Below are positions 41,101 through 54,700 of a DNA stretch of 64,000 nucleotides, piece by piece; the first letter of the stretch is position 1, and the number at the start of each line of letters is the position of its first letter. The notes beneath the pieces were generated by a model, which saw only the letters and a program-made list of their open reading frames with translations, did not search any database and had not been told where the DNA came from. Made by a program: the position numbers and the translations under genes. Origin of the DNA: the human T2T-CHM13v2.0 reference genome, Homo sapiens; NCBI RefSeq assembly GCF_009914755.1, contig NC_060938.1, one strand, 5' to 3'.

Positions 41101-42267
41101 TCCAAATGTCCACTTGCAGATTCAACAAAAAGTGTTTTTCAGAACTGCTCTATCAAAAGAAAGATCCACCTCTGTTAGCTGAGTTCACACATCACAAACA
41201 AGTTTATGAGAATGCTTCTGTCTAGTTTTTATTTGAAGATATTTCCTTTCTCACCATAGAGCTGAAAGCTGTCCTAATGTTCACTTCCAGATACTACAGA
41301 AAGAGTGTTTCAAAACTGCTGTACGAAAGGGAATGTTCAACTCTGTGACTTGAATGCACACATCACAAAGAAGTTTCTGAGGATGCTGCTGTCTACTTTT
41401 TATACGTAATCCCGTTTCCAACGAAATCCTCCAAGCTATCCAAATATCCACTTGCAGATTCCACAGAAAGGCTGTTTCAAAACTGCTCTGTCAATAGAAA
41501 GGTTCAACTCTGTTAGCTGCGTGCATATATCCCAAAGAAGATTCTGAGATTGCTTCTGTCTAGTTTTTATGGGAAGATATTTCCCTTTTCACCGTAGGTG
41601 TCAAGGCGCTCCAAATGTCCACTTCCAGATCCTACAAAAAGAGTGTTTCAAACCTACTCTGTGAAAGGGAATATTCAACTCTGTGACTTGAATGCACATA
41701 TCACAAAGAAGTTTCTGAGAATGCTTCTGTCGAGATTTTATATGAAGATATTCCCGTTTCCAACGAAATCCTGAAATGTATCCAAATATCCCCTCGCAGA
41801 TTCTACAAAAAGAGTGTTTCAAAACTGCTCTGTAAAAAGAAAGGTTCAACTCTGTTAGTTGAGTACACACATCAGAAATAAGTTTCACACAATGCTTCTT
41901 TCTAGCTTGTAGGGGAAGATATTCCCTTTATCACCATGGGCCTCCAACCGTCTGAAACGTCCACTTCCATATACTACAAAAAGAGCATTTCAAACCTGCT
42001 CTATGAAAGGCAATGTTCAACTCTGTGACTTGAATGCAGACATCACAGAGCAGTTTCTGAGAATGCTTCTGTCTAGATTTTATAGGAAGATATTCCCGTT
42101 TCCAACGAAATCTTCACAGCTATCCAAATATCCACTTGCAGATTCTACAAAAAGAGTGTATCAAAACTGCTCTGTCAAAAGGAAGGTTCTTCTCTGTTAG
42201 GTGAGTGCATACGTCATAAAGGAGTTTCTGAGAATGTTTCTGTCTAGTGGTTATGGGAAGATATTTT
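23194..42267. repeat. 14-HOR (19,074 bp) tandem duplication, copy 2
   Basis: The junction lies between marker T23193 (shared with 42267, not 4119) and marker T23295 (shared with 4221, not 42369). Confidence 0.95.
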
Positions 42268-45200
42268 CTTTTTCCCCGTAGGCCTCAGGGCGCTCCAAAT
42301 GTCCACTTGCACATGCTACAAAAAGAGTGCTTCAAAGCTGCTCTCTGAAAGGGAATGTTCAACTCTATGAGTTGAATGCAAACATCACAAAGACGTTTCT
42401 GAGAATGCTTCTGTCTAGATTTGATATGAAGATATTCCCGTTTCCAACGAAATCTTCAAATCTATCCAAATGTCCACTTGCAGATTCAACAAAAAGTGTT
42501 TTTCAGAACTGCTCTATCAAAAGAAAGATCCACCTCTGTTAGCTGAGTTCACAGATCACAAACAAGTTTATGAGAATGCTTCTGTCTAGTTTTTATTTGA
42601 AGATATTTCCTTTCTCACCATAGACCTGAAAGCTGTCCTAATGTTCACTTCCAGATACTACAGAAAGAGTGTTTCAAAACTGCTGTACGAAAGGGAATGT
42701 TCAACTCTGTGGCTTGAATGCACACATCACAAAGAAGTTTCTGAGGATGCTGCTGTCTACTTTTTATACTTAATCCCGTTTCCAACGAAATCCTCCAAGC
42801 TATCGAAATATCCACTTGCAGATTCCACAGAAAGACTGTTTCAAAACTGCTCTGTCAATAGAAAGGTTCAACTCTGTTAGCTGCGTGCATATATCCAAAA
42901 GAAGATTCTGAGATTGCTTCTGTCTAGTTTTTATGGGAAGATATTTCCCTTTTCACCGTAGGTGTCAAGGCGCTCCAAATGTCCACTTCCAGATACTACA
43001 AAAAGAGTGTTTCAAACCTACTCTGTGAAAGGGAATATTCAACTCTGTGACTTGAATGCACATATCACAAAGAAGTTTCTGAGAATGCTTCTGTCGAGAT
43101 TTTATATGAAGATATTCCCGTTTCCAACGAAATCCTGAAATGTATCCAAATATCCCCTCGCAGATTCTACAAAAAGAGTGTTTCAAAACTGCTCTGTAAA
43201 AAGAAAGGTTCAACTCTGTTAGTTGAGTACACACATCACAAATAAGTTTCACACAATGCTTCTTTCTAGCTTGCAGGGGAAGATATTCCCTTTATCACCA
43301 TGGGCCTCAAACCGTCTGAAACGTCCACTTCCATATACTACAAAAAGAGCATTTCAAACCTGCTCTATGAAAGGCAATGTTCAACTCTGTGACTTGAATG
43401 CAGACATCACAGAGCAGTTTCTGAGAATGCTTCTGTCTAGATTTTATAGGAAGATATTCCCGTTTCCAACGAAATCTTCACAGCTATCCAAATATCCACT
43501 TGCAGATTCTACAAAAAGAGTGTATCAAAACTGCTCTGTCAAAAGGAAGGTTCTTCTCTGTTAGGTGAGTGCATACGTCATAAAGGAGTTTCTGAGAATG
43601 TTTCTGTCTAGTGGTTATGGGAAGATATTTGCTTTTTCCCCGTAGGCCTCAGGGCGCTCCAAATGTCCACTTGCACATGCTACAAAAAGAGTGCTTCAAA
43701 GCTGCTCTCTGAAAGGGAATGTTCAACTCTATGAGTTGAATGCAAACATCGCAAAGACGTTTCTGAGAATGCTTCTGTCTAGATTTGATATGAAGATATT
43801 CCCGTTTCCAACGAAATCTTCAAATCTATCCAAATGTCCACTTGCAGATTCAACAAAAAGTGTTTTTCAGAACTGCTCTATCAAAAGAAAGATCCACCTC
43901 TGTTAGCTGAGTTCAGACATCACAAACAAGTTTATGAGAATGCTTCTGTCTAGTTTTTATTTGAAGATATTTCCTTTCTCACCATAGACCTGAAAGCTGT
44001 CCTAATGTTCACTTCCAGTTACTACAGAAAGAGTGTTTCAAAACTGCTGTACGAAAGGGAATGTTCAACTCTGTGACTTGAATGCACACATCACAAAGAA
44101 GTTTCTGAGGATGCTGCTGTCTACTTTTTATACTTAATCCCGTTTCCAACGAAATCCTCCAAGCTATCGAAATATCCACTTGCAGATTCCACAGAAAGAC
44201 TGTTTCAAAACTGCTCTGTCAATAGAAAGGTTCAACTCTGTTAGCTGCGTGCATATATCCCAAAGAAGATTCTGAGATTGCTTCTGTCTAGTTTTTATGG
44301 GAAGATATTTCCCTTTTCACCGTAGGCGTCCAGGCGCTCCAAATGTCCACTTCCAGATACTACAAAAAGAGTGTTTCAAACCTACTCTGTGAAAGGGAAT
44401 ATTCAACTCTGTGACTTGAATGCACATATCACAAGGAAGTTTCTGAGAATGCTTCTGTCGAGATTTTATATGAAGATATTCCCGTTTCCAACGAAATCCT
44501 GAAATCTATCCAAATATCCCCTCGCAGATTCTACAAAAAGAGTGTTTCAAAACTGCTCTGTAAAAAGGAAGGTTCAACTCTGTTAGTTGAGTACACACAT
44601 CACAAACAAGTTTCACAGAATGCTTCTTTCTAGCTTGTAGGGGAAGATATTCCCTTTATCACCATGGGCCTCAAACCGTCCGATAAGTCCACTTCCATAT
44701 ACTAAAAAAAGAGCGTTTCAAACCTGCTCTATGAAAGGCAATGTTCAACTCTGTGACTTGAATGCAGACATCACAGAGCAGTTTCTGAGAATGCTTCTGT
44801 CTAGATTTTATAGGAAGATATTCCCGTTTCCAACGAAATCTTCACAGCTATCCAAATATCCACTTGCAGATTCTACAAAAAGACTGTATCAAAACTGCTC
44901 TGTCAAAAGGAAGGTTCTTTTCTGTTAGGTGAGTGCATACGTCATAAAGGAGTTTCTGAGAATGTTTCTGTCTAGTGGTTATGGGAAGATATTTGCTTTT
45001 TCACCGTAGGCCTCAGAGCGCTCCAAATATCCACTTGCACATACTACAAAAAGAGTGCCTCAAAGCTGCTCTCTGAAAGGGAATGTTCAACTCTATGAGT
45101 TGAATGCAAACATCACAAAGACGTTTCTGAGAATGCTTCTGTCTAGATTTGATATGAAGATATTCCCGTTTCCAACGAAATCTTCAAATCTATCCAAATG

Positions 45201-48200
45201 TCCACTTGCAGATTCAACAAAAAGTGTTTTTCAAAACTGCTGTATCAAAAGAAAGATCCACCTCTGTTTGCTGAGTTCACACATCACAAACAACTTTATG
45301 AGAATGCTTCTGTCTAGTTTTTATTTGAAGATATTTCCTTTCTCACCATAGACCTGAAAGCTGTCCTAATGTTCACTTCCAGATACTACAGAAAGAGTGT
45401 TTCAAAACTGCTGTATGAAAGGGAATGTTCAACTCTGTGACTTGAATGCACACATCACAAAGAAGTTTCTGAGGATGCTGCTGTCTACTTTTTATACGTA
45501 ATCCCGTTTCCAACGAAATCCTCCAAGCTATCCAAATATCCACTTGCAGATTCTACAGAAAGACTGTTTCAAAACTGCTCTGTCAATAGAAAGGTTCAAC
45601 TCTGTTAGCTGTGTGCATATATCCCAAAGAAGATTCTGAGATTGCTTCTGTCTGGTTTTTATTGGAAGATATTTCCCTTTTCACCGTAGGTGTCAAGGCG
45701 CTCCAAATGTCCACTTCCAGATACTACAAAAAGAGTGTTTCAAACCTACTCTGTGAAAGGGAATATTCAACTCTGTGACTTGAATGCACATATCACAAGG
45801 AAGTTTCTGAGAATGCTTCTGTCGAGATTTTATATGAAGATATTCCCGTTTCCAACGAAATCCTGAAATCTATCCAAATATCCCCTCGCAGATTCTACAA
45901 AAAGAGTGTTTCAAAACTGCTCTGTAAAAAGGAAGGTTCAACTCTGTTAGTTGAGTACACACATCACAAACAAGTTTCACAGAATGCTTCTTTCTAGCTT
46001 GTAGGGGAAGATATTCCCTTTATCACCATGGGCCTCCAACCGTCCGAAACATCCACTTCCATATACTACAAAAAGAGCGTTTCAAACCTGCTCTATGAAA
46101 GGCAATGTTCAACTCTGTGACTTGAATGCAGACATCACAGAGCAGTTTCTGAGAATGCTTCTGTCTAGATTTTATAGGAAGATATTCCCGTTTCCAACGA
46201 AATCTTCACAGCTATCCAAATATCCACTTGCAGATTCTACAAAAAGAGTGTATCAAAACTGCTCTGTCAAAAGGAAGGTTCTTCTCTGTTAGGTGAGTGC
46301 ATACGTCATAAAGGAGTTTCTGAGAATGTTTCTGTCTAGTGGTTATGGGAAGATATTTGCTTTTTCACCGTAGGCCTCAGAGCGGACCAAATATCCACTT
46401 GCACATACTACAAAAAGAGTGCTTCAAAGCTGGTCTCTGAAACGGAATGTTCAACTCTATGAGTTGAATGCAAACATCACAAAGACGTTTCTGAGAATGC
46501 TTCTGTCTAGATTTGATATGAAGATATTCCCGTTTCCAACGAAATCTTCAAATCTATCCAAATGTCCACTTGCAGATTCAACAAAAAGTGTTTTTCAGAA
46601 CTGCTCTATCAAAAGAAAGATCCACCTCTGTTAGCTGAGTTCACACATCACAAACAAGTTTATGAGAATGCTTCTGTCTAGTTTTTATTTGAAGATATTT
46701 CCTTTCTCACCATAGAGCTGAAAGCTGTCCTAATGTTCACTTCCAGATACTACAGAAAGAGTGTTTCAAAACTGCTGTACGAAAGGGAATGTTCAACTCT
46801 GTGACTTGAATGCACACATCACAAAGAAGTTTCTGAGGATGCTGCTGTCTACTTTTTATACGTAATCCCGTTTCCAACGAAATCCTCCAAGCTATCCAAA
46901 TATCCACTTGCAGATTCCACAGAAAGGCTGTTTCAAAACTGCTCTGTCAATAGAAAGGTTCAACTCTGTTAGCTGCGTGCATATATCCCAAAGAAGATTC
47001 TGAGATTGCTTCTGTCTAGTTTTTATGGGAAGATATTTCCCTTTTCACCGTAGGTGTCAAGGCGCTCCAAATGTCCACTTCCAGATCCTACAAAAAGAGT
47101 GTTTCAAACCTACTCTGTGAAAGGGAATATTCAACTCTGTGACTTGAATGCACATATCACAAAGAAGTTTCTGAGAATGCTTCTGTCGAGATTTTATATG
47201 AAGATATTCCCGTTTCCAACGAAATCCTGAAATGTATCCAAATATCCCCTCGCAGATTCTACAAAAAGAGTGTTTCAAAACTGCTCTGTAAAAAGAAAGG
47301 TTCAACTCTGTTAGTTGAGTACACACATCAGAAATAAGTTTCACACAATGCTTCTTTCTAGCTTGTAGGGGAAGATATTCCCTTTATCACCATGGGCCTC
47401 CAACCGTCTGAAACGTCCACTTCCATATACTACAAAAAGAGCATTTCAAACCTGCTCTATGAAAGGCAATGTTCAACTCTGTGACTTGAATGCAGACATC
47501 ACAGAGCAGTTTCTGAGAATGCTTCTGTCTAGATTTTATAGGAAGATATTCCCGTTTCCAACGAAATCTTCACAGCTATCCAAATATCCACTTGCAGATT
47601 CTACAAAAAGAGTGTATCAAAACTGCTCTGTCAAAAGGAAGGTTCTTCTCTGTTAGGTGAGTGCATACGTCATAAAGGAGTTTCTGAGAATGTTTCTGTC
47701 TAGTGGTTATGGGAAGATATTTTCTTTTTCCCCGTAGGCCTCAGGGCGCTCCAAATGTCCACTTGCACATGCTACAAAAAGAGTGCTTCAAAGCTGCTCT
47801 CTGAAAGGGAATGTTCAACTCTATGAGTTGAATGCAAACATCACAAAGACGTTTCTGAGAATGCTTCTGTCTAGATTTGATATGAAGATATTCCCGTTTC
47901 CAACGAAATCTTCAAATCTATCCAAATGTCCACTTGCAGATTCAACAAAAAGTGTTTTTCAGAACTGCTCTATCAAAAGAAAGATCCACCTCTGTTAGCT
48001 GAGTTCACAGATCACAAACAAGTTTATGAGAATGCTTCTGTCTAGTTTTTATTTGAAGATATTTCCTTTCTCACCATAGACCTGAAAGCTGTCCTAATGT
48101 TCACTTCCAGATACTACAGAAAGAGTGTTTCAAAACTGCTGTACGAAAGGGAATGTTCAACTCTGTGGCTTGAATGCACACATCACAAAGAAGTTTCTGA

Positions 48201-48730
48201 GGATGCTGCTGTCTACTTTTTATACTTAATCCCGTTTCCAACGAAATCCTCCAAGCTATCGAAATATCCACTTGCAGATTCCACAGAAAGACTGTTTCAA
48301 AACTGCTCTGTCAATAGAAAGGTTCAACTCTGTTAGCTGCGTGCATATATCCCAAAGAAGATTCTGAGATTGCTTCTGTCTAGTTTTTATGGGAAGATAT
48401 TTCCCTTTTCACCGTAGGTGTCAAGGCGCTCCAAATGTCCACTTCCAGATACTACAAAAAGAGTGTTTCAAACCTACTCTGTGAAAGGGAATATTCAACT
48501 CTGTGACTTGAATGCACATATCACAAAGAAGTTTCTGAGAATGCTTCTGTCGAGATTTTATATGAAGATATTCCCGTTTCCAACGAAATCCTGAAATGTA
48601 TCCAAATATCCCCTCGCAGATTCTACAAAAAGAGTGTTTCAAAACTGCTCTGTAAAAAGAAAGGTTCAACTCTGTTAGTTGAGTACACACATCACAAATA
48701 AGTTTCACACAATGCTTCTTTCTAGCTTGC
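39183..48730. repeat. 7-HOR (9548 bp) tandem duplication, copy 1 (HOR types A-B-C-D-A-B-C)
   Basis: Private markers A39458 and ATATCCAAAA (42897) recur only at +9548 (49006, 52445). The ORF pattern at 39599/49147, 42641/52189, 43691/53239 and 45055/54603 has the same offset. Confidence 0.9.
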
Positions 48731-51700
48731 AGGGGAAGATATTCCCTTTATCACCATGGGCCTCAAACCGTCCGAAAAGTCCACTTCCATATACTACAAA
48801 AAGAGCGTTTCAAACCTGCTCTATGAAAGGCAATGTTCAACTCTGTGACTTGAATGCAGACATCACAGAGCAGTTTCTGAGAATGCTTCTGTCTAGATTT
48901 TATAGGAAGATATTCCCGTTTCCAACGAAATCTTCACAGCTATCCAAATATCCACTTGCAGATTCTACAAAAAGAGTGTATCAAAACTGCTCTGTCAAAA
49001 GGAAGATTCTTTTCTGTTAGGTGAGTGCATACGTCATAAAGGAGTTTCTGAGAATGTTTCTGTCTAGTGGTTATGGGAAGATATTTGCTTTTTCACCGTA
49101 GGCCTCAGAGCGCTCCAAATATCCACTTGCACATACTACAAAAAGAGTGCCTCAAAGCTGCTCTCTGAAAGGGAATGTTCAACTCTATGAGTTGAATGCA
49201 AACATCACAAAGACGTTTCTGAGAATGCTTCTGTCTAGATTTGATATGAAGATATTCCCGTTTCCAACGAAATCTTCAAATCTATCCAAATGTCCACTTG
49301 CAGATTCAACAAAAAGTGTTTTTCAAAACTGCTGTATCAAAAGAAAGATCCACCTCTGTTTGCTGAGTTCACACATCACAAACAACTTTATGAGAATGCT
49401 TCTGTCTAGTTTTTATTTGAAGATATTTCCTTTCTCACCATAGACCTGAAAGCTGTCCTAATGTTCACTTCCAGATACTACAGAAAGAGTGTTTCAAAAC
49501 TGCTGTATGAAAGGGAATGTTCAACTCTGTGACTTGAATGCACACATCACAAAGAAGTTTCTGAGGATGCTGCTGTCTACTTTTTATACGTAATCCCGTT
49601 TCCAACGAAATCCTCCAAGCTATCCAAATATCCACTTGCAGATTCTACAGAAAGACTGTTTCAAAACTGCTCTGTCAATAGAAAGGTTCAACTCTGTTAG
49701 CTGTGTGCATATATCCCAAAGAAGATTCTGAGATTGCTTCTGTCTGGTTTTTATTGGAAGATATTTCCCTTTTCACCGTAGGTGTCAAGGCGCTCCAAAT
49801 GTCCACTTCCAGATACTACAAAAAGAGTGTTTCAAACCTACTCTGTGAAAGGGAATATTCAACTCTGTGACTTGAATGCACATATCACAAGGAAGTTTCT
49901 GAGAATGCTTCTGTCGAGATTTTATATGAAGATATTCCCGTTTCCAACGAAATCCTGAAATCTATCCAAATATCCCCTCGCAGATTCTACAAAAAGAGTG
50001 TTTCAAAACTGCTCTGTAAAAAGGAAGGTTCAACTCTGTTAGTTGAGTACACACATCACAAACAAGTTTCACAGAATGCTTCTTTCTAGCTTGTAGGGGA
50101 AGATATTCCCTTTATCACCATGGGCCTCCAACCGTCCGAAACATCCACTTCCATATACTACAAAAAGAGCGTTTCAAACCTGCTCTATGAAAGGCAATGT
50201 TCAACTCTGTGACTTGAATGCAGACATCACAGAGCAGTTTCTGAGAATGCTTCTGTCTAGATTTTATAGGAAGATATTCCCGTTTCCAACGAAATCTTCA
50301 CAGCTATCCAAATATCCACTTGCAGATTCTACAAAAAGAGTGTATCAAAACTGCTCTGTCAAAAGGAAGGTTCTTCTCTGTTAGGTGAGTGCATACGTCA
50401 TAAAGGAGTTTCTGAGAATGTTTCTGTCTAGTGGTTATGGGAAGATATTTGCTTTTTCACCGTAGGCCTCAGAGCGGACCAAATATCCACTTGCACATAC
50501 TACAAAAAGAGTGCTTCAAAGCTGGTCTCTGAAACGGAATGTTCAACTCTATGAGTTGAATGCAAACATCACAAAGACGTTTCTGAGAATGCTTCTGTCT
50601 AGATTTGATATGAAGATATTCCCGTTTCCAACGAAATCTTCAAATCTATCCAAATGTCCACTTGCAGATTCAACAAAAAGTGTTTTTCAGAACTGCTCTA
50701 TCAAAAGAAAGATCCACCTCTGTTAGCTGAGTTCACACATCACAAACAAGTTTATGAGAATGCTTCTGTCTAGTTTTTATTTGAAGATATTTCCTTTCTC
50801 ACCATAGAGCTGAAAGCTGTCCTAATGTTCACTTCCAGATACTACAGAAAGAGTGTTTCAAAACTGCTGTACGAAAGGGAATGTTCAACTCTGTGACTTG
50901 AATGCACACATCACAAAGAAGTTTCTGAGGATGCTGCTGTCTACTTTTTATACGTAATCCCGTTTCCAACGAAATCCTCCAAGCTATCCAAATATCCACT
51001 TGCAGATTCCACAGAAAGGCTGTTTCAAAACTGCTCTGTCAATAGAAAGGTTCAACTCTGTTAGCTGCGTGCATATATCCCAAAGAAGATTCTGAGATTG
51101 CTTCTGTCTAGTTTTTATGGGAAGATATTTCCCTTTTCACCGTAGGTGTCAAGGCGCTCCAAATGTCCACTTCCAGATCCTACAAAAAGAGTGTTTCAAA
51201 CCTACTCTGTGAAAGGGAATATTCAACTCTGTGACTTGAATGCACATATCACAAAGAAGTTTCTGAGAATGCTTCTGTCGAGATTTTATATGAAGATATT
51301 CCCGTTTCCAACGAAATCCTGAAATGTATCCAAATATCCCCTCGCAGATTCTACAAAAAGAGTGTTTCAAAACTGCTCTGTAAAAAGAAAGGTTCAACTC
51401 TGTTAGTTGAGTACACACATCAGAAATAAGTTTCACACAATGCTTCTTTCTAGCTTGTAGGGGAAGATATTCCCTTTATCACCATGGGCCTCCAACCGTC
51501 TGAAACGTCCACTTCCATATACTACAAAAAGAGCATTTCAAACCTGCTCTATGAAAGGCAATGTTCAACTCTGTGACTTGAATGCAGACATCACAGAGCA
51601 GTTTCTGAGAATGCTTCTGTCTAGATTTTATAGGAAGATATTCCCGTTTCCAACGAAATCTTCACAGCTATCCAAATATCCACTTGCAGATTCTACAAAA

Positions 51701-54700
51701 AGAGTGTATCAAAACTGCTCTGTCAAAAGGAAGGTTCTTCTCTGTTAGGTGAGTGCATACGTCATAAAGGAGTTTCTGAGAATGTTTCTGTCTAGTGGTT
51801 ATGGGAAGATATTTTCTTTTTCCCCGTAGGCCTCAGGGCGCTCCAAATGTCCACTTGCACATGCTACAAAAAGAGTGCTTCAAAGCTGCTCTCTGAAAGG
51901 GAATGTTCAACTCTATGAGTTGAATGCAAACATCACAAAGACGTTTCTGAGAATGCTTCTGTCTAGATTTGATATGAAGATATTCCCGTTTCCAACGAAA
52001 TCTTCAAATCTATCCAAATGTCCACTTGCAGATTCAACAAAAAGTGTTTTTCAGAACTGCTCTATCAAAAGAAAGATCCACCTCTGTTAGCTGAGTTCAC
52101 AGATCACAAACAAGTTTATGAGAATGCTTCTGTCTAGTTTTTATTTGAAGATATTTCCTTTCTCACCATAGACCTGAAAGCTGTCCTAATGTTCACTTCC
52201 AGATACTACAGAAAGAGTGTTTCAAAACTGCTGTACGAAAGGGAATGTTCAACTCTGTGGCTTGAATGCACACATCACAAAGAAGTTTCTGAGGATGCTG
52301 CTGTCTACTTTTTATACTTAATCCCGTTTCCAACGAAATCCTCCAAGCTATCGAAATATCCACTTGCAGATTCCACAGAAAGACTGTTTCAAAACTGCTC
52401 TGTCAATAGAAAGGTTCAACTCTGTTAGCTGCGTGCATATATCCAAAAGAAGATTCTGAGATTGCTTCTGTCTAGTTTTTATGGGAAGATATTTCCCTTT
52501 TCACCGTAGGTGTCAAGGCGCTCCAAATGTCCACTTCCAGATACTACAAAAAGAGTGTTTCAAACCTACTCTGTGAAAGGGAATATTCAACTCTGTGACT
52601 TGAATGCACATATCACAAAGAAGTTTCTGAGAATGCTTCTGTCGAGATTTTATATGAAGATATTCCCGTTTCCAACGAAATCCTGAAATGTATCCAAATA
52701 TCCCCTCGCAGATTCTACAAAAAGAGTGTTTCAAAACTGCTCTGTAAAAAGAAAGGTTCAACTCTGTTAGTTGAGTACACACATCACAAATAAGTTTCAC
52801 ACAATGCTTCTTTCTAGCTTGCAGGGGAAGATATTCCCTTTATCACCATGGGCCTCAAACCGTCTGAAACGTCCACTTCCATATACTACAAAAAGAGCAT
52901 TTCAAACCTGCTCTATGAAAGGCAATGTTCAACTCTGTGACTTGAATGCAGACATCACAGAGCAGTTTCTGAGAATGCTTCTGTCTAGATTTTATAGGAA
53001 GATATTCCCGTTTCCAACGAAATCTTCACAGCTATCCAAATATCCACTTGCAGATTCTACAAAAAGAGTGTATCAAAACTGCTCTGTCAAAAGGAAGGTT
53101 CTTCTCTGTTAGGTGAGTGCATACGTCATAAAGGAGTTTCTGAGAATGTTTCTGTCTAGTGGTTATGGGAAGATATTTGCTTTTTCCCCGTAGGCCTCAG
53201 GGCGCTCCAAATGTCCACTTGCACATGCTACAAAAAGAGTGCTTCAAAGCTGCTCTCTGAAAGGGAATGTTCAACTCTATGAGTTGAATGCAAACATCGC
53301 AAAGACGTTTCTGAGAATGCTTCTGTCTAGATTTGATATGAAGATATTCCCGTTTCCAACGAAATCTTCAAATCTATCCAAATGTCCACTTGCAGATTCA
53401 ACAAAAAGTGTTTTTCAGAACTGCTCTATCAAAAGAAAGATCCACCTCTGTTAGCTGAGTTCAGACATCACAAACAAGTTTATGAGAATGCTTCTGTCTA
53501 GTTTTTATTTGAAGATATTTCCTTTCTCACCATAGACCTGAAAGCTGTCCTAATGTTCACTTCCAGTTACTACAGAAAGAGTGTTTCAAAACTGCTGTAC
53601 GAAAGGGAATGTTCAACTCTGTGACTTGAATGCACACATCACAAAGAAGTTTCTGAGGATGCTGCTGTCTACTTTTTATACTTAATCCCGTTTCCAACGA
53701 AATCCTCCAAGCTATCGAAATATCCACTTGCAGATTCCACAGAAAGACTGTTTCAAAACTGCTCTGTCAATAGAAAGGTTCAACTCTGTTAGCTGCGTGC
53801 ATATATCCCAAAGAAGATTCTGAGATTGCTTCTGTCTAGTTTTTATGGGAAGATATTTCCCTTTTCACCGTAGGCGTCCAGGCGCTCCAAATGTCCACTT
53901 CCAGATACTACAAAAAGAGTGTTTCAAACCTACTCTGTGAAAGGGAATATTCAACTCTGTGACTTGAATGCACATATCACAAGGAAGTTTCTGAGAATGC
54001 TTCTGTCGAGATTTTATATGAAGATATTCCCGTTTCCAACGAAATCCTGAAATCTATCCAAATATCCCCTCGCAGATTCTACAAAAAGAGTGTTTCAAAA
54101 CTGCTCTGTAAAAAGGAAGGTTCAACTCTGTTAGTTGAGTACACACATCACAAACAAGTTTCACAGAATGCTTCTTTCTAGCTTGTAGGGGAAGATATTC
54201 CCTTTATCACCATGGGCCTCAAACCGTCCGATAAGTCCACTTCCATATACTAAAAAAAGAGCGTTTCAAACCTGCTCTATGAAAGGCAATGTTCAACTCT
54301 GTGACTTGAATGCAGACATCACAGAGCAGTTTCTGAGAATGCTTCTGTCTAGATTTTATAGGAAGATATTCCCGTTTCCAACGAAATCTTCACAGCTATC
54401 CAAATATCCACTTGCAGATTCTACAAAAAGACTGTATCAAAACTGCTCTGTCAAAAGGAAGGTTCTTTTCTGTTAGGTGAGTGCATACGTCATAAAGGAG
54501 TTTCTGAGAATGTTTCTGTCTAGTGGTTATGGGAAGATATTTGCTTTTTCACCGTAGGCCTCAGAGCGCTCCAAATATCCACTTGCACATACTACAAAAA
54601 GAGTGCCTCAAAGCTGCTCTCTGAAAGGGAATGTTCAACTCTATGAGTTGAATGCAAACATCACAAAGACGTTTCTGAGAATGCTTCTGTCTAGATTTGA

